A stretch of 64,000 nucleotides of DNA from Thermoplasmata archaeon (GTDB lineage Archaea; Thermoplasmatota; Thermoplasmata; Thermoplasmatales; ARK-15): the NCBI GenBank assembly GCA_039794005.1, contig JBAMMA010000006.1, forward strand, positions 55,814 through 119,813, given 5' to 3'. The translations under genes and the position numbers were made by a program. Positions 43,127-51,185 of this stretch are shown in pieces (within the stretch, counting starts at the first letter, position 1; each line of letters opens with the position of its first letter). The notes below the pieces were generated by a model that ran no database searches, was not told the origin of the DNA, and saw only the letters and a program-made list of their open reading frames with translations.

Positions 43127-43269
43127 TGGGGGCACTGGGATTTGAACCCAGATCCGCGGGTCTCTCCCTAGGATCATTTCTCCAGTTATTCATCATTTTT
43201 CAGCAGACCCATGGAGAATCATTTCCTTAACTGGAGCCCGCTAGGATGCCCTGATTACCCCATGCCCCC
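43127..43269 (-). tRNA. tRNA-Trp (CCA) with 69-nt intron at position 37/38
   Basis: GGGGGCA/TGCCCCC acceptor stem; GCGGG-CT-CCA-G|intron|A-CCCGC; CTGGG-TTCAAAT-CCCAG; bulge-helix-bulge with CTCC/GGAG central helix. Confidence 0.95.
43162..43230 (-). ncRNA. tRNA-Trp intron-encoded box C/D guide RNA (predicted Cm34 and Cm39)
   Basis: C box ATGATT, D' CTGA, C' ATGATGA, D ATGA. Guides TAACTGGAG and GGGTCT are complementary to the exon-intron junctions, and the N+5 rule lands on C34 and C39. Confidence 0.88.
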
Positions 43270-43377
43270 TTACTTCCTATTGGCTCTCCTCTGGCGCATT
43301 AATCTTCTCATTCTCTTCTTTCTCCACTTCCATCGCATCTGTCCTCTCTTTTTCCAGACTCTGCTACTCCTCTTCAT
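43270..43377 (-). CDS. rpl41e: Ribosomal protein eL41/eS32 (35 aa; below the ORF-track cutoff)
   Basis: [35 protein letters not shown] contains the [13 protein letters not shown] signature; AGGTG RBS. Confidence 0.88.
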   Translation of the reverse strand: MKRSSRVWKKRGQMRWKWRKKRMRRLMRQRRANRK

Positions 43378-43410
43378 TCTAACACCTTGTGAAATTATAT
43401 AAAATCAAAA

Positions 43411-43430
43411 AAAGATATAAATTTTTCATA
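43411..43430 (-). promoter_or_regulatory. Candidate BRE/TATA promoter for rpl41e-tRNA-Trp
   Basis: Minus strand GAAAAATTTATATC about 35-50 nt upstream of ATG 43377. Confidence 0.5.
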
Positions 43431-43496
43431 ATTAGTTTAAAATCAAACTAAAAGATAAATTATTTATATAATAAATAATACATCCAAATAGATAAG

Positions 43497-43841
43497 ATGA
43501 AAGGGGACAAATCCAAAGAGAGATTATTGAAAGGAATAATTTCGATTTTGATATTAGATGAATTGATGGATGGTCCAAAGCACGGATATGCAATAGAAAA
43601 AGACATATCTGAAAAATTGGGTCATAAATTACCTCCTGGAATGATATACGTTATGTTAAAAACATTGGAATCTAAGGGATGCATTAAATTTGAGGATTCC
43701 ATTGGAAAAACGGGAAGAAATGTTAAAATTTATTATATCACAGATGAGGGGAAAGATCTTTTAAAAAACCATGTAGAACAGTTGGAAAAGTTGAAAATAA
43801 TATTGGATAATATCATATACAGGGTAAAACAAAAAATATAA
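43497..43841 (+). CDS. PadR-family transcriptional regulator
   Basis: GPKHGYAI, PGMIYVMLKTLE.KG, YYITDEG. Confidence 0.9.
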   Translation: MKGDKSKERLLKGIISILILDELMDGPKHGYAIEKDISEKLGHKLPPGMIYVMLKTLESKGCIKFEDSIGKTGRNVKIYYITDEGKDLLKNHVEQLEKLKIILDNIIYRVKQKI

Positions 43842-43867
43842 ATAATTTATAGATATATAACTTATTT

Positions 43868-44397
43868 ATGAATGAAAAGGATTTCTGGAAGCATGGGCAT
43901 AAACATCATGCCCAGAGAAGAAATGATTCTTTCGATATAGAGGAAATATTAAACTTTATGGAACCGGACATAGATTTTGATATTGTTGACTTAGGAGCTG
44001 GAGATGGTTTCTTCTCAAAGATCTTTTTGAATAAATATAAAAGTGTTACAGCAGTAGATATATATGACGGATTTTTCGGTGAATTAAATTCACTTGGAAT
44101 AAAAACAATAAAGGCAAATCTTTGCACTTTCAATGATGGAACCTGGGATGTCTCATTCATGGCAAATGTTTACCATGGATTAAGACATGATTGTAAAGAA
44201 GATATATTAAAAAATATAAATAAAATTACAAAAAAGTATTTTTTATATTGGACTTTAACCCGGATTCTGGCTTTTTATTTGGCCCACCTGTAAAACTAAA
44301 GAAGGAGATTGTTATAAAAGATTTCACCGATTCAGGATTCAAATACGTTAAAGATAAAAATCTAAAATACCATTACTTAATAAAGTTTGAAAAATGA
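43868..44397 (+). pseudogene. Class I SAM-dependent methyltransferase, frameshifted near 44230-44245
   Basis: VDLGAGDG motif. The -1 frame continues ILDFNPDSGFLFGPP..HYLIKFEK to TGA 44395-44397, which overlaps the next ATG (ATGA). Confidence 0.75.
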
Positions 44398-45562
44398 ATA
44401 ATGATGTAAAGAAGATTATATTTTCAAGATTCTTTCTAAGTTTTAGCTACGGAGCGCTAAATGTAATTGTATCTATATACTTGCATCTTGAAGGTTACAA
44501 TAATTTAACAATAGGAGTTATTTTATCTTTAGGAATTTTGATAAATGCTGTAATTGCATTTGTTTTGCAGTTTTGGCAGACCATTTTGGAAGAAAATATA
44601 TATTGATTTTAATTTTAATACTCTTCTCAATATCATCATATCTCTTTATAATCATAAAAAATCCATATATCATTTCAATTTTGATAGGAATTGGTGGATT
44701 TACTGGTGTTGGAGGTGGACCGATAGGTTCTGGCGGTGCAACGGGAACGATAATGACCGCAATAATATCAGAAAATGTTGAGAGAAAAAACTATTCAAAG
44801 ATTTTGGGAATAGCCTCATCAATAGGAATTGTAGGGTCAATTTTGGGTTCATTCACCATTACCATTTTTGACATTTACAATATTGATTACGTGAATATTT
44901 TTTATTTATCTATAATTAATGGATTAATTTCTGCATCCATAATATTGTTTATAAAAGATAATAGAATAAGAAATCCAAGGCTTTGGCCATCAATATCCTG
45001 GAAAAAGATAATAAAATTGTCAATTCCAACAATTCCAGGCGGATTATCATCTGGACTAATTACGCCATTCTTCTCACTCTGGTTTGTTGAAAGGTATCAG
45101 GTATCTCCAGGGCTTGTAGGGGCAATATTTGCAATTTCCAACATATTTACAATAACAACCATGGTTCTTCTTCCTTATATGATTTCATGAAATGGAAAAA
45201 GTGAATTAAATACAATAATAATTACAAGGGGTTTGGGGTCATTGTTTTTGATTTTGATTGGGCTGAGTCCAAACATACTCCTGGCTTCAATATTCTTCAT
45301 ATTAAGGAATGGATTCCAGATGGGTTCAATACCGATAAGGCAATCCTTCTCCCTTGGAGTTGTTGATGAAAAGGAAAGAGCGACAGTATCTGGAGCTACA
45401 ACACTTTCAAGGATAGGTAGCTCTTCCTTAACTCCTGCTATAGGGAGTTCTCTAATGAATTATACAATTGAACTCCCACCAATTCTAAGTGGTATTGTGA
45501 ATATATTTGATCCACTTTTATATTATTTATTATTCAAAAAAGAATTCGACAATAAAAATTAA
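44394..45562 (+). pseudogene. MFS transporter in three fragments (frameshift near 44565 and in-frame TGA at 45188-45190)
   Basis: MFS motif A LADHFGRK lies in a shifted frame; the 45233 ORF is in frame with the 44573 ORF across one TGA; VDEKERA C-terminal motif. Confidence 0.8.
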
Positions 45563-45565
45563 AAA

Positions 45566-46021
45566 TCATTTAATCCAATTTTCATCCATTTTCGTATACT
45601 TTATAATTTCTTCCTCCGTGAAAAATACTGGCATTTCCCTTTTGAAAGATTCTTCAGAATCTGAACCATGTATTAGGTTTTTCTCAATGCTTGTGGAATA
45701 ATCACCCCTTATTGTTCCTGGCTCTGCTTCTGCCCCGTTTGTCTTTCCCATTAGTTTTCTTACCACATTTATAACATCATTCCCCTCCACTATCATCGCT
45801 ATAACAGGGCCCGATGTTATGTAGTTAACAAGATCATTGAAAAACTTTTTATCTCTGTGTATTTCATACAATTTTTCAGCTCTTTCTCTGGATAATAAAA
45901 CCATTTTCATAGCCGTTATCTTTAACCCTTTCTTTTCTATTCTCGATATAATTTCACCAACTAGATTTCTCTGTATTGCATCAGGCTTTAATATTATCAG
46001 CGTTCTGTTTATCATTTCCAC
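45566..46021 (-). CDS. ndk: Nucleoside diphosphate kinase
   Basis: [22 protein letters not shown]. Confidence 0.96.
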   Translation of the reverse strand: MEMINRTLIILKPDAIQRNLVGEIISRIEKKGLKITAMKMVLLSRERAEKLYEIHRDKKFFNDLVNYITSGPVIAMIVEGNDVINVVRKLMGKTNGAEAEPGTIRGDYSTSIEKNLIHGSDSEESFKREMPVFFTEEEIIKYTKMDENWIK

Positions 46022-46226
46022 TCACCATGTGTATCCTCATCTTTTTCTCTTCCCTATATGCGTTTGTCCATGTCACATATTTTGGTATCCTGCCCAACTT
46101 TAGCATGTTCTTTTCACATTTGCTGCTACAAAAATATAGTATTGAACCATCCTTTTTAATAAACATCTTTCCAGTACCGGGCTCTATCTCTTTTCCGCAG
46201 AATGAACAGTTCTTCTTTACGGGCAT
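45981..46226 (-). CDS. rpl24e: 50S ribosomal protein eL24
   Basis: CSFCG..IEPGTG..FCSSKC. Confidence 0.95.
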   Translation of the reverse strand: MPVKKNCSFCGKEIEPGTGKMFIKKDGSILYFCSSKCEKNMLKLGRIPKYVTWTNAYREEKKMRIHMVSGNDKQNADNIKA

Positions 46227-46231
46227 TTACA

Positions 46232-46441
46232 TCACCTTGCCACAAGCTTTCTTGCTTCCCTTGCTGTTTCTCTCAACATCACAATGTCCCCAATGTTTAC
46301 CGGTCCTATTATGTTCCTCGTTATTATTCTACCTTTATCTGGGCCATCAAGTACCTTTACCTTTACCTGGATGACTTCTCCCGTCATCCCCGTTCTTCCC
46401 ATTATCTCAACTACCTCTGCTGGAGTCGCCTCATCAGGCAT
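46232..46441 (-). CDS. rps28e: 30S ribosomal protein eS28
   Basis: [23 protein letters not shown]. Confidence 0.96.
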   Translation of the reverse strand: MPDEATPAEVVEIMGRTGMTGEVIQVKVKVLDGPDKGRIITRNIIGPVNIGDIVMLRETAREARKLVAR

Positions 46442-46453
46442 CTTTAATCACCT

Positions 46454-46825
46454 TTATTTATTCAACTTTGAAAGTTCTTCTAATAATTTCTTTAAATCTT
46501 CCTCAGCCTTTCCAGGATCAATTATTGCAACGCTTGCTGCAGATTGAACACCTGCCCTCTTCCCCAATTCCTCTTTACTTTTAACGTAAATGTAGGGAAC
46601 CTTTTTCTCCTCACAAAGTAGAGGCAAATGTGCAACAACCTCAGGGGGATTTACATCCATTGCAATTACTACCAGTTTTGTCTCCATTCTTTCAACTGCC
46701 TTTGTTACCTCGTTCGTTCCTTTCCTTATCTTTCCGGATTGCCTTGCAACTTCAACCACATTTAGACCCATGTTTTGCAAATCCTCAGGTACATCAAACT
46801 TTACATATGCCGCTTTTCCTGCCAT
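46454..46825 (-). CDS. rpl7ae: Ribosomal protein L7Ae
   Basis: [21 protein letters not shown]. Confidence 0.96.
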   Translation of the reverse strand: MAGKAAYVKFDVPEDLQNMGLNVVEVARQSGKIRKGTNEVTKAVERMETKLVVIAMDVNPPEVVAHLPLLCEEKKVPYIYVKSKEELGKRAGVQSAASVAIIDPGKAEEDLKKLLEELSKLNK

Positions 46826-46900
46826 TATTCACACCTCTCTCATAAATCAATCATAGGTAAGATGGAAGAAAACTATTTTTTATTTAAACTTATCTCTTTA

Positions 46901-47287
46901 TTATATCCATCTTTCTCCTTTTTCTGATAATTCCTTTTTCCAGATGGGAACCCTCTTTTTTATTTCATCGACAATATAGATTATGGCTTCAAAACCCTCT
47001 TTTCTATGTTTGCTTATTACCTTCACAACCATTGCTATTTCACCATGTTTAACAAAACCGATCCTGTGAAAAATGCAAACATCTTGGATTTGGTATTTTT
47101 CCAACGCCTCTTTTGATATCTTTTCCATCTCCAATTTTGCCAGATTTATTTCAGATTCATAATATAATCCCTTTATCTCATATCCTTCATATCCCCTCAC
47201 AATACCTTTGAATATTATTTCATCCCCAGTCTCTTTATTATAATTGCAGTTTAATTCAACATAATTTTCAGATATTTCTATCATCAT
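46901..47287 (-). CDS. moaE: Molybdopterin synthase catalytic subunit
   Basis: F.G.VR, HRIG, HRKEGF, K..VPIWKKE; start taken at ATG 47287. Confidence 0.85.
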   Translation of the reverse strand: MMIEISENYVELNCNYNKETGDEIIFKGIVRGYEGYEIKGLYYESEINLAKLEMEKISKEALEKYQIQDVCIFHRIGFVKHGEIAMVVKVISKHRKEGFEAIIYIVDEIKKRVPIWKKELSEKGERWI

Positions 47288-47825
47288 ACTTTTCAAGCAT
47301 ATATGAATATCTATCAAATTCGCTGAATATACAACCGCAATATCCCTGTCTATACATTTTATATTTCCTTGCCATGTCATCTCCCTTTGGATAATTTTCT
47401 CTGTAATCTTTATAATAGAATTTTATTCCATACTTTTTCTCCATCCTATATCCTATTTGTTTTATCATCTCATGTTTTTGAAATGGCGAATATAACATCG
47501 ATGTTGTAAATCCATCATATCCATTTTCTTTGGCATATTTTGCCACCCTGTCAAGCCTGTCGGCATAACAAAACATGCATCTTAAATATTCCCCTTTTTT
47601 ATTCAACTTTACGGCATTTTCTAACCATTCCTGAACATTGTATTCTTTATCTATGATCAATTCAAATTTTTTCTCCTTTGAAAATTCAATAAGCGTTTCA
47701 AGTCTCCTTATATATTCTCTCAGAGGATGTATGTTTGGATTATAAAAATATACTTTAAATTCTTGGTCAATGTCGTCAATCATTCCTGATAAACATGGGG
47801 CACAACATGCATGTACCAATATCAT
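47268..47825 (-). CDS. queH: Epoxyqueuosine reductase QueH (DUF208)
   Basis: HACCAPC, FYNPNIHP..EY.RR, RCMFCY..RL, FTTSMLYSPFQ, YRQGYCGCIFS. Confidence 0.9.
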   Translation of the reverse strand: MILVHACCAPCLSGMIDDIDQEFKVYFYNPNIHPLREYIRRLETLIEFSKEKKFELIIDKEYNVQEWLENAVKLNKKGEYLRCMFCYADRLDRVAKYAKENGYDGFTTSMLYSPFQKHEMIKQIGYRMEKKYGIKFYYKDYRENYPKGDDMARKYKMYRQGYCGCIFSEFDRYSYMLEKYDDRNI

Positions 47826-48556
47826 ATGAACTTTGGCTCCCTTTTTTCAAAGAATGCCTTTATTGCTTCCTTACCGTTCTGTGACGCAACTATTTTTCCG
47901 AACATGGATCTTTCTAAAACATACGAATTTTCTTTCAACATTAATTTATAGGCACGTATTGCATCAGGATTCTTTTTTGATATTTCCATTGCAATCTTTT
48001 GAGCCTCATTCAAATAGTCTTCAGATATCACATGTATTATTCCAAGATTCTTTAATTCCTCAGCACTCAAAACTTTTCCGGTCAAAAGGAGATATGATGC
48101 CATGCTTTTCCCAACATACCTGATCAGTCTTTCAGCACCTCCCCAACCCGTGACCAAACCAACGTTTATTTCAGTTTGCCCCATAACAACGTTTGGCCTG
48201 GCGACTCTTATATCGCATGCAAGAGACAGTTCCATACCACCACCATATGCAGGGCCATTTAATGCTGCGATGTATACCTTTTCACTATTTTCAATGTAAT
48301 CTAAAACCATCTGTCCAATGAATGAAAACCTACTACCGCCATATTCGTCCAAGGTGATCATCTGTGAAAGATCCCCACCCGCGGAAAAATATTTCCCAGA
48401 ACCTGTAATTATGACTGAAATTATATTTTTCTTGGATTCCAAAGATCTAAAAGATGAATATAGTTCCTCCATCAACTCAATGTTCATTGCATTTGCCTTA
48501 TCTTCACGCCTAATTGTGATTATTGCATATCCGTTTTTTTCCTCAAGTTCAATCAT
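47822..48556 (-). CDS. Enoyl-CoA hydratase/isomerase
   Basis: FSAGGDL, GGGMELSLACD, GQTEINVG. Confidence 0.9.
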   Translation of the reverse strand: MIELEEKNGYAIITIRREDKANAMNIELMEELYSSFRSLESKKNIISVIITGSGKYFSAGGDLSQMITLDEYGGSRFSFIGQMVLDYIENSEKVYIAALNGPAYGGGMELSLACDIRVARPNVVMGQTEINVGLVTGWGGAERLIRYVGKSMASYLLLTGKVLSAEELKNLGIIHVISEDYLNEAQKIAMEISKKNPDAIRAYKLMLKENSYVLERSMFGKIVASQNGKEAIKAFFEKREPKFI

Positions 48557-48586
48557 ATTTTAGATTATATAAATTAAAATTATAAA

Positions 48587-49300
48587 TCATTCTGTTTTAT
48601 ATCCTCCATTTAAAAAAATATTTATAAGCATTTTTTTATATTTATCCTCAATATTCAAGACCCTTATCTTTTCAATCGTTTTTTCATAATTGTATTTCTT
48701 TCTCTTTATTTCAACGTTCATATTATTTAAATCTATAATTGCGTAAGATATTCTATTATCAAAATCCCTCGGTTGACCAACACTTCCAGGATTTATATAA
48801 TAAGTTTTTCCAATTTTTCTGAAAAATGGTAAATGCGTATGACCAAATATCACGAAGTCCGATTCAGAATTCTTGAATTTAATTTTTAATATTTCATCAG
48901 ATGTATTTGGCCTCACGTAATCGTATAAATAATTTTCCAAGGATCCATGAACCATTGTGAATTTATAGGATTCTATTTCAAAATTTAGAAAATAAGGAAG
49001 GGATGAAAGATAATCAATATGTTTTTTATCTAATTTTTTTCTATAAAAATTCCTGGTATATTCTGACAATTCATGAAATTCCTGCGAACATTTACAGTCG
49101 ATATTAAATGCATTTGCAGCATCATGATTTCCCATAACGGCCTTAGGTCTTAATTCAATCAACTTATCCAGAACGATATCTGGATCCGGGCCATAGTCCA
49201 CCGCATCACCGGAAAATATTAATATGTCGTAATTTTCTTTCAGAGATTCTTCAAAAGCTTCAAGATTTGAATGTATATCTGATATGACCAATATTTTCAT
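48587..49300 (-). CDS. Metallophosphoesterase (YfcE/MJ0936-like)
   Basis: SDIHSN, GD.VDYG, GNHD, GHTH, NPGSVGQPRD. Confidence 0.9.
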   Translation of the reverse strand: MKILVISDIHSNLEAFEESLKENYDILIFSGDAVDYGPDPDIVLDKLIELRPKAVMGNHDAANAFNIDCKCSQEFHELSEYTRNFYRKKLDKKHIDYLSSLPYFLNFEIESYKFTMVHGSLENYLYDYVRPNTSDEILKIKFKNSESDFVIFGHTHLPFFRKIGKTYYINPGSVGQPRDFDNRISYAIIDLNNMNVEIKRKKYNYEKTIEKIRVLNIEDKYKKMLINIFLNGGYKTE

Positions 49301-49358
49301 AAAAAAATAAATAAATGTCACTATAAAATTTTTATTTGATATATGTATTTACTTATCA

Positions 49359-50171
49359 ATGGTTTATTTAACGAAAAGGGAAAAAGATATAATTGAATTT
49401 ATACTAACAATTGGAGTATTGTGTTTAATATTCTTTTCTTTGTATATTTACACGGGAAACTGGCCACCTATGACGATTGTTGAGTCAAGTTCAATGGAGC
49501 ATGGAACAAATTTTACCTGGGGAGCAATAAATGCTGGGGATATAGTATTAATCAAAAAGGTATACAGTGTAAATGATATAATAACATATGTTGAGGGCAG
49601 GGAAATTAATTATTCGACCTATGGAGATTATGGTAACGTTATTTTGTATGAACCATATAATAATACAGTGCCAATAATACATAGGGCTATGTTATATATT
49701 ACATGGAACGGCACAATGTTCCATATTAAGGGCGAAAATATGGCAATAAAGGATGGGTGGATGAAAATTATTGGTTATAATGTTATATTATTCAATGTTG
49801 GTTTTAAGCATAAGGATTTTGCTGTTGATTTATCACCATTTGTTGGTGAGGATGGTTTTATAACAATGGGAGATAATAACTTGGGTATTTACGTTCCTGG
49901 AACGCAAGGTGTAATACCAAATGCAACGGTTTACTTTGCATCTGATCAAAATAATAATCTGGCGCCTGGCCCTGTAAAACTTTACCAAATTGTTGGAATT
50001 GCAGTTGGATGGATACCTTGGCTAGGTATTTTGAAGCTTTTAATATATGGAGACACATATTATATACCTATACAAAGCTACTTTTATTTTGGAGTCCTGA
50101 TGACTATAATAATATTAGTTTTATTATTTTATGACAACATTATAAGAATGATCAAAAAATTATTTAAATAA
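49359..50171 (+). CDS. Signal peptidase I (S26, archaeal)
   Basis: VESSSM, GDIV, IIHRA, TMGDNN. Confidence 0.88.
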   Translation: MVYLTKREKDIIEFILTIGVLCLIFFSLYIYTGNWPPMTIVESSSMEHGTNFTWGAINAGDIVLIKKVYSVNDIITYVEGREINYSTYGDYGNVILYEPYNNTVPIIHRAMLYITWNGTMFHIKGENMAIKDGWMKIIGYNVILFNVGFKHKDFAVDLSPFVGEDGFITMGDNNLGIYVPGTQGVIPNATVYFASDQNNNLAPGPVKLYQIVGIAVGWIPWLGILKLLIYGDTYYIPIQSYFYFGVLMTIIILVLLFYDNIIRMIKKLFK

Positions 50172-50260
50172 TTTATAAATTTTTTAAAAAATGGTTAAAA
50201 AAAATGAAAAATTTATATTTAACAAAAATAATTAATAATAATTATAAGGGTGAAAGAAAA

Positions 50261-51139
50261 ATGATAAACAATGGATTAAAGATAGGGATCACCATCGTAA
50301 TATCGTTGATTGTATTGGGAACATTTGTTGCAGGAGCTAGCTTTGCATCACATAAGAAAGTTCCAACATTCGTAATATTGATCAACGGATACACTGTAAG
50401 CGGAGTTGGATACTGGGAAATGGGCGTTGATATATATCAGCAATTGGTACATGCAGGATACATAGTTGGCATTATGTCATATTATGGTCCATTTGCCATT
50501 AATTTTAGCAATGGATATCAGTATATAATACCAAACTTCAATGGAACGAATAATACTCCAATCGAGGTCATTGCTGCCCAACTTGCAAATGCTTTGATAA
50601 CAATCAAAAATAATTATGGAAATGTGAATTTTGACATTGTGGCACACAGCATGGGTGGTTTAATAACGATGTACATGCTTGAAAATTACATATTGCCAAT
50701 AAATCTGAAAAATGTTATAACAATTGGATCACCATTTGAAGGTACAAATGCAGCATATGTTGCATACTTCCTTGGCATGATTGGAGTATCCGGATATCAA
50801 AATCCAGGTTATCAGGATAAAGAGATGATGCCTGGATCCGCATTCATAACAAAACTCAACTATTATCAATCAAATGTTACATCAAACTATCCTAAAACTG
50901 TAATGATTGCATATGCTGGAAATTATGACCCGTGGTGGGGATACATATTATTCTTTGGAGCAGACAATGATGGTTTGGTTCCCGAATATTCTGCACTTGG
51001 ATTTCACCACAATTATCAATTTGTATTCCCAGATTTGCATTCACCAGGCTGGGATAAATATACATTTAGGGGAATATGTTTCTTTGAGGACCAGAACGTT
51101 GCAAATACAATTTTGAACAATCTATCGGGAAATTATTAA
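50261..51139 (+). CDS. Secreted alpha/beta hydrolase (lipase/esterase-like)
   Basis: Signal peptide, AHSMGG nucleophile elbow, GSPFEG, NDGLV; GGGTGA RBS before ATG 50261. Confidence 0.85.
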   Translation: MINNGLKIGITIVISLIVLGTFVAGASFASHKKVPTFVILINGYTVSGVGYWEMGVDIYQQLVHAGYIVGIMSYYGPFAINFSNGYQYIIPNFNGTNNTPIEVIAAQLANALITIKNNYGNVNFDIVAHSMGGLITMYMLENYILPINLKNVITIGSPFEGTNAAYVAYFLGMIGVSGYQNPGYQDKEMMPGSAFITKLNYYQSNVTSNYPKTVMIAYAGNYDPWWGYILFFGADNDGLVPEYSALGFHHNYQFVFPDLHSPGWDKYTFRGICFFEDQNVANTILNNLSGNY

Positions 51140-51185
51140 AATTTTTTGAAAAACCTTTTTATTTTTCTTTATTTTTCAAATTTTT

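Noticed and set aside
42920-43402. ORFs 42920-43114 and 43211-43402
   Set aside because: They are translations through CRISPR repeats and antisense to tRNA-Trp/rpl41e.
45188-45190. TGA recoding (selenocysteine or alternative genetic code) in the MFS gene
   Set aside because: TGA terminates many intact genes here, the site is not a catalytic Cys position, and the same gene also has a frameshift.
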